A stretch of DNA of 64,000 bases from Nitrosopumilaceae archaeon (GTDB taxonomy: Archaea > Thermoproteota > Nitrososphaeria > Nitrososphaerales > Nitrosopumilaceae). Shown here in pieces: positions 10,081 through 20,561 of this stretch. A program made the translations under genes and the position numbers. The notes under the pieces were generated by a model. It saw only the letters and a program-made list of their open reading frames with translations, was not told the origin of the DNA and ran no database searches. The stretch covers positions 256,001 to 320,000 of the forward strand of contig CBDBCR010000001.1 of the NCBI GenBank assembly GCA_965203465.1. Reading direction: 5' to 3'. How positions within the stretch are numbered: the stretch's first letter is position 1; each line of letters begins with the position of its first letter.

Positions 10081-10402
10081 AATCGCAGATCTTCGTTCTC
10101 CGCGTGCGCCGTTTGGCAGCGGTTCTCATGAACGCATTTCAGCCAGTCCTGGCCTGTACGCATTCTGGCTACGCGGTACCTGCCTGTATGTGGGGATGAG
10201 CGAGGATCTAAAGCGGCGGATATACCAGCACGAGAACTTCGAAGACAATCCAGAGCTGGACAGGCATTTCCAGGCCTACCCGCACGAGATCGAAATATCG
10301 GTAGCCTACAAAGACGCCGACTCGGTTGTCTTGCGCGGACTTGAACAAGAGGCTATCATAGAACTGAATCCGTTGGCTAACGTACAGAGGGACAAACCAT
10401 GA
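10073..10402 (+). CDS. GIY-YIG nuclease family protein
   Basis: PGLYAF...LYVGMS.DLKRRI.QH...LE...I.ELNP.AN; GTG start overlapping the upstream stop. Confidence 0.8.
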   Translation: MSEIADLRSPRAPFGSGSHERISASPGLYAFWLRGTCLYVGMSEDLKRRIYQHENFEDNPELDRHFQAYPHEIEISVAYKDADSVVLRGLEQEAIIELNPLANVQRDKP

Positions 10403-11634
10403 GCTTGTACCCGGCGCTTAAAGGCAAGTTTGGCAGCACTGAGTATTTTCTGATCTCCATGCCGGTAGGAGATCTGGTCCAACGGGTTAGGTTTCCGTCT
10501 GACATGCCAGAATGGGACGAAAAATCACTAGAGGATAGGTACCAACGCAAACTACAGTCAAAGCGCATAGAGAAAGTACTCGTACCCTATTTCGCATCCG
10601 ACAATAACCGGTTCTCCGGTTCGCTGGTGATGGCGGTAATGGCCAATCAAGTGCGCTTTGAACCGCTCTCTACAATAACACGTGGACCTGCGACCTTTCC
10701 CATCCCGTACCAAGATCCAAGCAACGGGATGGGTTTTGTGACGTTGGTCTCCGAATCACTGGTACCGCTGGACGGCCAGCACCGAGCTATGGCGTTCAAG
10801 AAGGCAATTGAAGAGGCTCAGGGAGAAGCAGCGCACTCCGGCGGACTCGCGCAGGACATGATCTCTGTCATACTTGTGCAGTTTGACGAGAAAAAATCTC
10901 GATATATTTTCAACAAGATAAACCGCTATGCCAAACCCACATCCAAAGCAGACAAATTGATCACCGACGACGACGACGCGGTGGCCGTGATCACGCGGAG
11001 TCTGATTTCTGAAAACGTGTTTCCGGCAAAAATCGTCCGCCACATACCCAACACGCTAGGAAAGAAGGCGACCGAGTTTACCACACTGGCTACGCTGTAC
11101 GAAGCAAACAAAAGGCTGATTCCTGCACTACCCATCAAGAGCACCTGCAAGCCGGAAAGGCTGGGCGAAAAAGAACGGGAGGCCAGACTCGCAGATCTGA
11201 AGAAAGAATGGGGCAGGTTGCTTTCAGGAATTGGCCTGTGGAAAAAAGCCACCGCAGATCCCGAGGATTCAGGAGCTCGCACACGTATCAAGCTGCGCGA
11301 GCAGTATGTATTGGGCAGACCTATAGGACAGCTGGCGCTGATCAACGGTTACGTGCGGGCATGCGAGAATGATCGGGGCGTGGATCGCGACAGGTTGGTG
11401 GCAACACTGGATCGGGTTGACTGGAAACACGGCGCAAAGCACTGGCGCGGACTGCTGGTCACGCACAACGGCAAGATGATGTCGGGCAAGCCTGCCTCCC
11501 GCAATGCTGGGTTGTTCATAGCTTACCTGATCGGCACAAAACTAACCCCACAAGAGAAAGAGAACGTGCGGACTTTCATGTACGGGCATGCATCGGGACG
11601 CAATCTTCCGTCTCCGTTGCCAAAGATTGACTGA
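10399..11634 (+). CDS. DGQHR domain protein (DndB-like, ParB/Srx fold)
   Basis: YQRKL...R, PLDGQHR, IFNKINRYAKP; ATGA overlap. Confidence 0.85.
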   Translation: MSLYPALKGKFGSTEYFLISMPVGDLVQRVRFPSDMPEWDEKSLEDRYQRKLQSKRIEKVLVPYFASDNNRFSGSLVMAVMANQVRFEPLSTITRGPATFPIPYQDPSNGMGFVTLVSESLVPLDGQHRAMAFKKAIEEAQGEAAHSGGLAQDMISVILVQFDEKKSRYIFNKINRYAKPTSKADKLITDDDDAVAVITRSLISENVFPAKIVRHIPNTLGKKATEFTTLATLYEANKRLIPALPIKSTCKPERLGEKEREARLADLKKEWGRLLSGIGLWKKATADPEDSGARTRIKLREQYVLGRPIGQLALINGYVRACENDRGVDRDRLVATLDRVDWKHGAKHWRGLLVTHNGKMMSGKPASRNAGLFIAYLIGTKLTPQEKENVRTFMYGHASGRNLPSPLPKID

Positions 11635-11712
11635 ACCGCACTCAACTTGTCGCATGCAAGACGTAGCAATGCAGACTGGACACGACGCTTTCCAACTCTT
11701 GGTAGGCAAACA

Positions 11713-12612
11713 TCACGCCTGCCTGAGGTGCAGCGTGGGCGACGAGCGCGCGCGCCGTATGGCGTCCCTGACCCACTCCTGCGGGAAGACTATCCGCTTG
11801 GGCACGAAGATGTCCGTCGATTCGACCGAGCCGGCCTTCCTCACCAGGCCGGCGGCCTCGTCCATGCCGAACACGCTGTCGCTGTACATGAACAGCACCA
11901 CCTGGTCGCGCGTGCAGATGGGCGCGCGCATGTACGAATCCGAAAAGCGCCCGTCCAGCTCGCGCTTGGCGCGCTCGGCGCTGCCGCGCACCCAGGCCAG
12001 CACCACGTAGGGGACGTACCGGCCCAGCCGAGCCGGCTCGTACAGGGCCGTAAACTGCACGGCCTCGTCGGCCTGGAGCTTGTCGAGCGACCTGGCGACG
12101 GTGCGCGCCGAAAGGCCCGTCTGCCGCGCCACCGAATCTATCCTGCGGCGCGGATCGTCCAGCAAGGCGTCGATGACCTCGAGGTCGGTGCGCGTCAGCC
12201 CCGCCCCGGACGTCGGCCCGCCGGCCTCCAGGGTGGTAAGTACCCGCACGTCGTCGCCGAGCGCCTCGGACGCGAGGTGCGTCTTGGACACCGCGGCCCC
12301 CTCCACCACTATGCCGCGCACCGTCACGCCGCCCACGCACGGCACGGTATAGAACGGCTCGCCTATCAGGCGCAGGCGCCTCAGCTTGGCCTCGGCCAGG
12401 TCCCCCGAGACCACCACGTAAAACACGCCGTACCCGAGCGCCGGCGGCTCGACGCCGACCGCGTACCCCGCCACGGCGCCGGCCTTTTCCATCTTTGCTA
12501 TGCGGGCCCGCACGGCCGGCCCCGATATCCCGACCGCTTTTCCCATCTGCCTGTCCGATTCGCGGCAGTTGCGCACGAGGCGGGCCAGTATCTCCATGTC
12601 AGTTTTGTCCAA
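11713..12612 (-). CDS. Lrp/AsnC-family transcriptional regulator with two HTH domains
   Basis: MDKTDMEIL...ISGPAVRARIAKM and a second LTRTDLEVIDALLDDPR HTH. Confidence 0.8.
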   Translation of the reverse strand: MDKTDMEILARLVRNCRESDRQMGKAVGISGPAVRARIAKMEKAGAVAGYAVGVEPPALGYGVFYVVVSGDLAEAKLRRLRLIGEPFYTVPCVGGVTVRGIVVEGAAVSKTHLASEALGDDVRVLTTLEAGGPTSGAGLTRTDLEVIDALLDDPRRRIDSVARQTGLSARTVARSLDKLQADEAVQFTALYEPARLGRYVPYVVLAWVRGSAERAKRELDGRFSDSYMRAPICTRDQVVLFMYSDSVFGMDEAAGLVRKAGSVESTDIFVPKRIVFPQEWVRDAIRRARSSPTLHLRQA

Positions 12613-12706
12613 TTTGCAAGGTGCGGGCGCTGTTTACTATTAATTACTTACTGAATCCTGCCGGAAATGTCAGGTTTGCCACTAGATCCGGAATATACAT
12701 TATATA

Positions 12707-13915
12707 GTGGACTATTTTCCCCGACCCGTGGACTACCGCCTGAGGCTGGCCGTCAGGATGCTCTCCAACAAAAAGGGCAGCATGGCAGCCGCCGTGCTGG
12801 CAGTCTCGGTGGGGATACTGGTGATGCACGTCAACTTTGTCATATTCCAGGGGCTGTTCGACGCGTTCGTGCGCGACATGAGCGACTACCGGTTCGGCGA
12901 CATTTACGTGACCGACGAGGAAAACTACATCACCAAGGCCGACACGGTGCTGGTCGGCTGGTTCGAGCGCATGCCGTACGTCGAGGCGGCAACGCCGCGC
13001 ATGTCCGCGTCGGCCTCGGTCAACGCGACCGCGTCGATCGGCCGCGTGCAGCAGTACGGGATACCCATAGTCGGGGTGGATCCGGTCACGGACCGGCGCG
13101 CCTCGGGGATACACGCGACGGTCTTCGAGGGCGAGTACGTGACGGGGCGCAACTCGCTCGTGCTGGGGGCCACCGTCGCGCGCGACCTGGGCCAGATCGG
13201 CGTGGGCGACAGCGTCCGCATAAAGGTCACCGACAGGTGGGGGCAGGATCAGATGAAGCGCTTCCCCGTCACGGGCATATCCGGGACGGCCGGCGGGCAG
13301 GGCCTCGACAGCAGCATGATAATGCACATCGACACCCTGCGCGACCTGATGAGCAGGCAGGGGCAGACCGATTCGATGCTGGTGCGCCTCTCCGAGCCGG
13401 AGCACTCGGCGCAGGTGCGCGACATATTCCTGGAGTCCTTTCCGGCCGACGACTTTGTCGCCGAGACCATCGAGGAATCGGCCGAGGAATCGCTGAGCGG
13501 CTTCCGCTCCGGCATAGCCATGATTAACATGATAGGGATGTTCGGCATGATGTCGTCGGCGTTCGCCATAGTGACGATACAGATGATGCTGGTGACCAGC
13601 AAGACGCGCGAGATCGGCATAATGAGGGCCATCGGCGCCCGGCGGCGCGACATACTCGTATTGTTCATACTGCAGGGGCTGGTGATAGGGGCCGTGGGGG
13701 CCGGCTGCGGGACGGCCCTGGGCCTAGGCTACACGTTCTACGCCAAAGAGACCAAGATGTCGTTCGACGGCAGCATAGAGCTGGAGGTGTCCTACGACTG
13801 GCAAAAGATAACGCAGACCGCGCTCACGGCGCTGAGCCTGGCCATCGTGGCGTCGGTGTATCCTGCCTACCGGGCCACAAAGCTGCAGCCGGTGGAGGCG
13901 ATGCGCGCTGTCTGA
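12707..13915 (+). CDS. ABC transporter permease (FtsX/LolE/MacB family)
   Basis: KTREIGIMRAIGA, PAYRATKLQPVEAMR; four TM segments. Confidence 0.9.
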   Translation: MDYFPRPVDYRLRLAVRMLSNKKGSMAAAVLAVSVGILVMHVNFVIFQGLFDAFVRDMSDYRFGDIYVTDEENYITKADTVLVGWFERMPYVEAATPRMSASASVNATASIGRVQQYGIPIVGVDPVTDRRASGIHATVFEGEYVTGRNSLVLGATVARDLGQIGVGDSVRIKVTDRWGQDQMKRFPVTGISGTAGGQGLDSSMIMHIDTLRDLMSRQGQTDSMLVRLSEPEHSAQVRDIFLESFPADDFVAETIEESAEESLSGFRSGIAMINMIGMFGMMSSAFAIVTIQMMLVTSKTREIGIMRAIGARRRDILVLFILQGLVIGAVGAGCGTALGLGYTFYAKETKMSFDGSIELEVSYDWQKITQTALTALSLAIVASVYPAYRATKLQPVEAMRAV

Positions 13916-13916
13916 G

Positions 13917-14585
13917 GTGCTCTCCGTCGAGAACCTGGGCAAGATCTACGGCAGCGGCTCGACCGAGGTGCGGGCCCTCTCGGGGGCGACCTTTTCGGTC
14001 GAGCGCGGCCAGGTGACCCTCGTGGTGGGCAGTTCGGGCTCGGGCAAGTCCACGCTGCTCAACATGATGGGCCTGCTGGACAGGCCGACCTCGGGCCGCG
14101 TGATGCTCGACGGGATCGACACGTCGGGCATGGGCGACGGGCGGCTCTCTTCGCTGCGCAACTCGAAACTGGGATTCGTATTCCAGTTCTCCAACCTCTT
14201 GCCGGACCTGACCGTCCTGGAAAACGTCATGCTGCCCGTCCAGATAGGCGGCGGCTCGGGCAGGGCCGAGGCCGAAAGGCTGCTCGAGACGGTCGGCCTC
14301 AAGGATCAGATGCACCAGCGCGCCAACAAGGTCTCGGGGGGGCAGGCGCAGAGGGCCGCCATCGCGCGCGGCCTGGTGAACAGGCCGGCCTTGGTGCTTG
14401 CAGACGAGCCGACCGGCAACCTGGATTCGGTGACGGCGGCCTCCGTGGTGGATCTCATAAAGTCGATGGCCTCGAGGCTGGGCCAGGCGTTCGTGATAGT
14501 CACGCACGACCGCGAGCAGTTCGGCGAGGTGGACCGGATAGTGACGGTGCGCGACGGCAGGGTGATGCAGGAGGTGGCCGCTTGA
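13917..14585 (+). CDS. ABC transporter ATP-binding protein (LolD-like)
   Basis: GSSGSGKST, SGGQAQR, LADEPTGNLD, VTHD. Confidence 0.95.
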   Translation: MLSVENLGKIYGSGSTEVRALSGATFSVERGQVTLVVGSSGSGKSTLLNMMGLLDRPTSGRVMLDGIDTSGMGDGRLSSLRNSKLGFVFQFSNLLPDLTVLENVMLPVQIGGGSGRAEAERLLETVGLKDQMHQRANKVSGGQAQRAAIARGLVNRPALVLADEPTGNLDSVTAASVVDLIKSMASRLGQAFVIVTHDREQFGEVDRIVTVRDGRVMQEVAA

Positions 14586-15844
14586 AGGCCGCCGCGCTGG
14601 TCCTGCTGCTGGCCGCGCTGCCCGCAGGCGCCGCGTGGGCGCAGCAGGCCCAGGGGTTCGGGAATTCGCCGTTCGAGCGCGAGTTCGGGGCGGTGCGGTT
14701 TCTGGACGCGTACTTTGGGCTGCCCGGCGACAAGGCCGAGGTGGGGCCGGGCGACCGCAACGTGCCGCTGACCGTCGTGATGGCCAACGTGGGCACGCAG
14801 GACATCACCGGAATCAGCGGCCAGCTCTCGCTGCCGACGCAGTTCTCGCCTTCTTCGGGGACGGGGCCGGCGTACGCCGACGCCGAGGCCAGCTCGCGCG
14901 CGGGCGAGAACTTTTCGCTCACGTTCTTCGTCGACGTCTCGGAGGCCGCCGAGCTCTCGTCGTACCCGGCCACCGCCAAGGTGGACTTTTCGCGCATCCG
15001 CGAGTCGGGCACGCGCAGCGCCTACCTTGACTTTGAGTTCAGCCTGCCCGGCGACACCATAATCAACATGAGGGCCCTCGATCCGTTCCTGACCTCGCTG
15101 CGCGAGAACCGCGTGACCGTCGAGATATCAAACGACGGCACGGCGCCCGTCTCCGACGTGGAGCTGGTCCTGCAGAACACGGCCATGGCCGATACGGACA
15201 CCAACGTGGAGAACGTGGTGATGCTCGGCAGCAACTGGGAGGTGGGCAACATCGGGCCCGGCCAGGCGCGCACCGTCGAGATGGGCGTGTACGTGCCCGA
15301 ATCTGTCCGGGGCGATTCCCTGCGCGCGCCCATCCGCATAACGTACTTTAACGCCAACGGCGACGAGCAGTCGGCCGACCGCGTCGTGGACTTTTTCGTC
15401 CAGGGGCTCATAGACCTGGACATATACGACGTGCGGGCAAGGCAGCTCGCCGACCGCATGCTCGTGGTAGGCGACGTGATAAACGAGGGCAACGCCGACG
15501 CGCTCTTTGCGTTCGTGACGCTCAGCCCGCGCGCCGGCTCCAACATCGTCGAGACGCGCCAGTTCGTAGACGAGATAGACACCGACTCGCCGGTGCCGTT
15601 CAACATACCAGTCGAGTTCGACGGCGAGCCGCGCTACGGCGATCACGACGTGACCGTCACGGTCCGCTACAAGGACACCCTGCGCGACGAGCAGTTCGTC
15701 TCCGAAGATCACACGGTGACGATACCTGCCCCGCCCGCCGAGGACGGCTCGGGGCCCGACGTCATGATGCTCGCCATGATGGGCGGCGCGGCCGCCGCGG
15801 TGGCCGGCGGCGCGGCGGCCTACAAGCGCCGCAAGTCCGGCTAG
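14582..15844 (+). CDS. S-layer-domain (COG1361-like) secreted protein with C-terminal anchor
   Basis: Signal peptide, Ig-like repeats (N.G motifs), C-terminal TM and basic tail; operonic with the ABC transporter. Confidence 0.75.
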   Translation: MKAAALVLLLAALPAGAAWAQQAQGFGNSPFEREFGAVRFLDAYFGLPGDKAEVGPGDRNVPLTVVMANVGTQDITGISGQLSLPTQFSPSSGTGPAYADAEASSRAGENFSLTFFVDVSEAAELSSYPATAKVDFSRIRESGTRSAYLDFEFSLPGDTIINMRALDPFLTSLRENRVTVEISNDGTAPVSDVELVLQNTAMADTDTNVENVVMLGSNWEVGNIGPGQARTVEMGVYVPESVRGDSLRAPIRITYFNANGDEQSADRVVDFFVQGLIDLDIYDVRARQLADRMLVVGDVINEGNADALFAFVTLSPRAGSNIVETRQFVDEIDTDSPVPFNIPVEFDGEPRYGDHDVTVTVRYKDTLRDEQFVSEDHTVTIPAPPAEDGSGPDVMMLAMMGGAAAAVAGGAAAYKRRKSG

Positions 15845-17304
15845 CGTATCGCGCCTATCTCCATCAGGTACTCGACGGCCCGCACGAACTCCGCGTCCGA
15901 CAAGATCCCGCCGGTCCACAGCCCCGCCGTATCCCTTATCCAGCCAGGTATAGGGCCGCCCGGGCCGGCCTCGGGGGGCGCCTCGGCGGCGATCACGCCT
16001 ATCGAGACCAGGTAGCCGGTAGCGGCCGAAAACTCGGCGTCCGACACGGCCCCGTCCACCCAGAGCTGCACCGTCCCCCCGACCCACTCGGGTATCTGGG
16101 TACCGGACAGGACGGGCAGCCGGGCCTCCGCCAAAGAGCTGCCCCCTATCCGCTCAAAGCCGACGTGCACGGGGCTCTGCGCGCCGGCCGGCACCGGGAT
16201 CTCGGCGCGGACGTAGCCGCCGTCGCCCCTGCTGGTCCTGCTTTCTTCGAAGAACCGCTCCCCGCCCGCCTCGGCGTACAGGACGTGCTCTGCAGAGACG
16301 GGCCTGTCCTTTACGAAGACGTCCTCTATCCGGTACGACACCTCCAGCTCCCCGCCCGGCTCGGCCTGGCGCGGCGAGATCTCGGCCGTTATCCGGTACT
16401 GCCCGTTGCGCGTCACGGTGGCAAACGGCAGATCTTTTTCCGCGGGGCCCACCGAAAAGCTCAGGCCCGATCCGAGCTTGCCGCCTTTGTACAGCTCTTC
16501 GAGGTGGCCCCTGTCGAGCACCACGTGTATAGTCCTGTACCCGTCGGCAAAGTCGTCTATCTGGACCGCCTCGGGCGGCATCCTCTCGCCGTTGACCTCG
16601 GCCGAGATCTCCGAGACCATCAGGGAGCCGAACTCTTTGGACACCCGGACTTCCTCGTGGACCGTCGCCGTCTGGGCTATGGTCTCGGCGGTGCCGTCGA
16701 ACGGCATGTCGAACGATATCCGGCCGCCCGCGTACCCCAGGTTCTCCACGGTGTCGTAGTAGGACAGGTGCCGTATCTCTTGCTCGCCGAATCCGGTCGG
16801 CACCCGTATCTCCTGCACGTCCAGGAGCGAGACGCCCCCCTTCCAGCGCGGCGGCGCGTCCAGCTCGGCGCCGAGGCGGGTCAGCTCCACGTCGAACGAG
16901 TACAGGCCGCCGGAGCCAAAGTGCGGCCCCGAGACCCTCACGCGCCTGTCCCCGAAGAGCCCGAACAGGCCCTCGCCGTAGTCTGTGCCGCCCTCGCCGT
17001 CCTCCAGCTCGAAGACGAGCGCGCCCGAGGCGGACGCGAAAGAGCCCTCGAAGAGCAGGTTGCCCGCCTTTTGCGCGCGTATCCTGTACTCTGCGTCCGG
17101 TATCTGCTCGCCGGTCTGCGCGTCGAACGCCCTGAACGTAAACTCCCTTTGGTACTCGCCCTCGGTCTGCGCGCCGGCTATCTCCACCGAGACGCCCCTG
17201 CCGCCGGCGTCCTGGGCGGGCAGGATCTCCGAGCCTATCCCGTGCCCGTAGGCGCACGCGAAGCCGAGCGCAGCCAGCGCGCAGGCCGCCGCCAGCGCCC
17301 TCAA
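15841..17304 (-). CDS. Secreted thaumarchaeal protein with C-terminal IP.WI repeats
   Basis: Signal peptide, HGIGSE, two IP(E/G)W(V/I)...W..G..SD.EF repeats; paralogue of 46972-48273. Confidence 0.75.
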   Translation of the reverse strand: MRALAAACALAALGFACAYGHGIGSEILPAQDAGGRGVSVEIAGAQTEGEYQREFTFRAFDAQTGEQIPDAEYRIRAQKAGNLLFEGSFASASGALVFELEDGEGGTDYGEGLFGLFGDRRVRVSGPHFGSGGLYSFDVELTRLGAELDAPPRWKGGVSLLDVQEIRVPTGFGEQEIRHLSYYDTVENLGYAGGRISFDMPFDGTAETIAQTATVHEEVRVSKEFGSLMVSEISAEVNGERMPPEAVQIDDFADGYRTIHVVLDRGHLEELYKGGKLGSGLSFSVGPAEKDLPFATVTRNGQYRITAEISPRQAEPGGELEVSYRIEDVFVKDRPVSAEHVLYAEAGGERFFEESRTSRGDGGYVRAEIPVPAGAQSPVHVGFERIGGSSLAEARLPVLSGTQIPEWVGGTVQLWVDGAVSDAEFSAATGYLVSIGVIAAEAPPEAGPGGPIPGWIRDTAGLWTGGILSDAEFVRAVEYLMEIGAIR

Positions 17305-17305
17305 C

Positions 17306-18196
17306 CTAGGCCCTCCTGCGCCTGACGAGCAGTGTGAGCAGCGCGCCGGCCGGTATCCCCACTATGGTGCCGATGCTGACGTACGGCGCGATGAAGAACC
17401 CGCCCACCCAGATCCCGCCCTCGGCGGTTATCTCGGCGAACGCGCGCGGGCGCAGCGTGATCTGCACGGTATGGGAGTCGGCGTGCTCGGCGCCGAGCGC
17501 GTCGGTGTATTTCACGGCGACGGCGAACGGCAGCTTTGATTCCGACGAGACGTCCATGGCCGGCGTCAGTATCCGCGAATCGACGCTCACCTGCTGGCCC
17601 GCCTTGGCCGACGAGAAAAAGTGACGCGTCTCGCCGAGGAACCCGATGCCGTCGGGCGGCACCACGCGCACCTCGAGGTCCCGCACGTCCGCGTCCGGCG
17701 TCACCCTCACGCCGAACGGGAATTCGGCGTCCTCGAATATGGATTCGGGCGCCGAGGCGCTCACCTCGACGGCGGGGCCGGCCGAGACCCGGACGGGCAC
17801 GGCGATGTCCGCATAGTACGGCTCGCGCGGCGTCTCGTTGTTTTCCAGCAGGACGTGCGAATAGTCTATGTTGATGTAGTAGGTGGCCGGCGGGCCCGAC
17901 GACGAAAAGTTGAGCGTGGCGCCGTGCGAGCCGCCCTCCGAGATCGAGCCGACGGGCAGCGACTGGGGCGGGGATATCTGCGGGTCGGGCCTGAACTCGA
18001 GCAGCACGTCGCGCTTTTCCTCCCACCCGCGGTTCTCGACGAGTATCGATACGGAGAACCGCTCGCCGGCGACCACCGAGCCGGGGTGCGTCACGGACAG
18101 CTCCACGCCCCCCTCGAGGGACCGCTCGACGGTCTGGCCGTAGGCCAGGGGCGCCGCTGCCGCGAGCAGCAGGAGCGGCAGGGCGAGGCGTTCCAT
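17306..18196 (-). CDS. Secreted/membrane-anchored Ig-like protein
   Basis: Signal peptide, C-terminal TM followed by RRRR. Confidence 0.7.
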   Translation of the reverse strand: MERLALPLLLLAAAAPLAYGQTVERSLEGGVELSVTHPGSVVAGERFSVSILVENRGWEEKRDVLLEFRPDPQISPPQSLPVGSISEGGSHGATLNFSSSGPPATYYINIDYSHVLLENNETPREPYYADIAVPVRVSAGPAVEVSASAPESIFEDAEFPFGVRVTPDADVRDLEVRVVPPDGIGFLGETRHFFSSAKAGQQVSVDSRILTPAMDVSSESKLPFAVAVKYTDALGAEHADSHTVQITLRPRAFAEITAEGGIWVGGFFIAPYVSIGTIVGIPAGALLTLLVRRRRA

Positions 18197-18297
18197 GGTG
18201 CGGGGGGGCGGCCGGCAAATATAAGGCCGATGAGCCTAAAAGACTTGCTTAAAAGCATGTGGGGTTAATATAGAGCTTTGGGGGGAATGCGCCGCTT

Positions 18298-19203
18298 ATG
18301 GTGACCAAGCGCGCGAGCGACCTGTGCAAGAGGTGCAAGGGGAGCCTCGTGACGGACAGCGACACGGGCGAGCTCTTTTGCTCGCACTGCGGGTTCGTGG
18401 TCAACGAAAAGATACAGGAATCGGGCCCCGAGTGGCGGGCCTTCAGCCAGGACGAGCACGGCGACAGGGCCCGGGCCGGCGCGCCCACCTCGCTCACGAT
18501 GCACGACATGGGCCTCGCCACGGTCATAAACCCGGTCAACAAGGACGCCTCGGGCAGGCCGCTCGCGGCCCCGATGAAGAGCACCATAGACAGGCTGCGC
18601 ACGTGGGACAGCCGCAGCCAGGTTCACGAGCCGGTCGACCGCAACTTCCGCCAGGCCTTCAGCGAGCTAAACAGGCTAAAGGACAAGATGGCCATATCCG
18701 AGCCGGTCATAGAAAAGGCCGCCTACATCTACCGCAAAGCCTTGGAGAAGGGGCTGGTCCGGGGGCGCTCGATATCTGCCTTGATGGCCTCGGCGCTGTA
18801 CGCGGCGTGCCGCGAGACGCGCACGCCGCGCAACCTAAAGGACGTCGAGCAGGCGGCCAACATAAAGCGCAAGGACATCGCGCGCTGCTACCGCCTGCTG
18901 ATAAAGGAGCTGGACCTGCAGATGCCGGTGACCGACGCCATACAGTGCGTGGCGCGCATCGCCAGCCGCATCGGCATCGCCGAGAGGACAAAGCGGCACG
19001 CGACAAAGGTGCTAAAGATGGCGCAGGAAAACGAGGTCTCGGCCGGCAAGGACCCGATGGGGCTTGCCGCCGCCGCGCTCTACCTTGCGTGCGTAAAGAA
19101 CGGCGAGGAAAAGACGCAGCGCGACATCGCAGAGGCGGCCAACGTCACCGAGGTCACGATACGCAACCGGTACAAAGGGCTCAAGGATTCGCTAAACATC
19201 TAG
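18298..19203 (+). CDS. tfb: Transcription initiation factor IIB (TFB)
   Basis: Zn ribbon CKRC...CSHCG, GPEWRAF, cyclin repeats, GKDPMGLAAAALY, VTEVTIRNRY. Confidence 0.97.
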   Translation: MVTKRASDLCKRCKGSLVTDSDTGELFCSHCGFVVNEKIQESGPEWRAFSQDEHGDRARAGAPTSLTMHDMGLATVINPVNKDASGRPLAAPMKSTIDRLRTWDSRSQVHEPVDRNFRQAFSELNRLKDKMAISEPVIEKAAYIYRKALEKGLVRGRSISALMASALYAACRETRTPRNLKDVEQAANIKRKDIARCYRLLIKELDLQMPVTDAIQCVARIASRIGIAERTKRHATKVLKMAQENEVSAGKDPMGLAAAALYLACVKNGEEKTQRDIAEAANVTEVTIRNRYKGLKDSLNI

Positions 19204-20498
19204 CCTACGAACCCGCCCCTCTCGGCCTCGGGGGGCCGTATCTTTTTGGCGCGGCCCAGGCCTGCCGTCGTTATAATGACGGACGAGAGTATGATGAAGA
19301 ATATTATCTGCGGGTAGGCCTCGGCGTTGGGCAGCCCGTAGGTGATGGGCAGCGTGGCCAGCACCGCGGCGGCCAGGCCGCGCGGTATCATGGCAGAGGC
19401 CACGGCCCTGTCCAGGCGCGAGAACCTGCGCGCCAGGGCCGCGCGCGCTACCAGTATCCTCAATACGTAGACGGCCACCGCGGCCCCTATCCCGAAGGCC
19501 ACGTACTCGGGCCTGCCAAAGCTGGCCAGCAGCCCCACGAAGACGAAAAAGAACGACCTGACCAGGAAGGTGAGCTGGCTGTGCGTGGGGTCCTCGGCGC
19601 CCATGCGGGGCAGCCGGAAGCGCAGCTTTCTCGCAAAGTGGTGCTTGTTGCCCATCATCAGGCCGAAGACCAGCGCGGTCAGGGCCCCCGATTCTCCCAG
19701 CTGGTTTGCCATGAAGAACAGGACGAACAATACGCCGAGGGTCAGCATGTAGCCGTGCTGCGCGTTGCTCAGGCGGGTGGTCAGGTACATCCAGGGGACC
19801 CCCACGCCCAGGCCCAGCACCAGCCCGACTATCACGGCGCGCCCCAGCGTCTCGCCGAGCAGGTCGGGGCTGAACTGCCCGCTCAGCACGGCCTCGAAGA
19901 GCACGAAGGCTATTACGGTCGAGAGTATGTCGGTGACGGCCGACTCGAAGCTGAGCATGGACTTTGTCTCTTCGCTCACGCGCAGGTTGCGCACCAGCCC
20001 GAATACTATTACGGAGCTGCTGCCTCCCACGATGACGGCCAGCAATATACTGTCGAGAAGCTGCCAGCCGAGCGCAAAGTGGGCCATGGCGGCCACGGCG
20101 CCGGCCGAGGCGGCAAAGCCGAGGAACGCCAGCGCCGAGGCGTAGTGGCCTATGCGGGCGATGTGGCCGAAGTCGAGGTTGAAGCCGCCGTCGAACATTA
20201 TGATGATGAGGGCGACCGCGGCGAAGAACGGCACTATCTGGATGACGGCCTCGTGGCCGACGATGCCCAGGACCGGGCCTATCAGGACGCCGAGCACCAT
20301 CAGAAAGGCCACGTCGGGTATGCCCGTCCTCTTGAAGAACGCCTCGCCGACGACGCCGAGGAATATGACCACGCCGGCAGCGAGCAGCACGACCGGGGCC
20401 CCCGAGGCGCCGCCCTGCGCGGACTCTATGGCCGCGTGCAGGTCCAGCCGGGAGGCCTGCGAGAGCAGCTCTTGAAGGGAGTCGAAGGGCTCTGCCAT
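19200..20498 (-). CDS. Cation:proton antiporter (CPA1/NhaP type)
   Basis: About 12-13 TM segments, IIMFDGG, ESAVTD, PRGLAAAVLA; ATG at 20498 chosen as start. Confidence 0.88.
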   Translation of the reverse strand: MAEPFDSLQELLSQASRLDLHAAIESAQGGASGAPVVLLAAGVVIFLGVVGEAFFKRTGIPDVAFLMVLGVLIGPVLGIVGHEAVIQIVPFFAAVALIIIMFDGGFNLDFGHIARIGHYASALAFLGFAASAGAVAAMAHFALGWQLLDSILLAVIVGGSSSVIVFGLVRNLRVSEETKSMLSFESAVTDILSTVIAFVLFEAVLSGQFSPDLLGETLGRAVIVGLVLGLGVGVPWMYLTTRLSNAQHGYMLTLGVLFVLFFMANQLGESGALTALVFGLMMGNKHHFARKLRFRLPRMGAEDPTHSQLTFLVRSFFFVFVGLLASFGRPEYVAFGIGAAVAVYVLRILVARAALARRFSRLDRAVASAMIPRGLAAAVLATLPITYGLPNAEAYPQIIFFIILSSVIITTAGLGRAKKIRPPEAERGGFVG

Positions 20499-20561
20499 CC
20501 GGATCCCCGGCGGGCAGGCGAGATAAAAACCGTAATTACCGGCCCTTTGGGCAAAGTGCGC

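Noticed and set aside
2422-11712. Defence island as an integrative element with att sites
   Set aside because: No integrase, tRNA or flanking direct repeat seen
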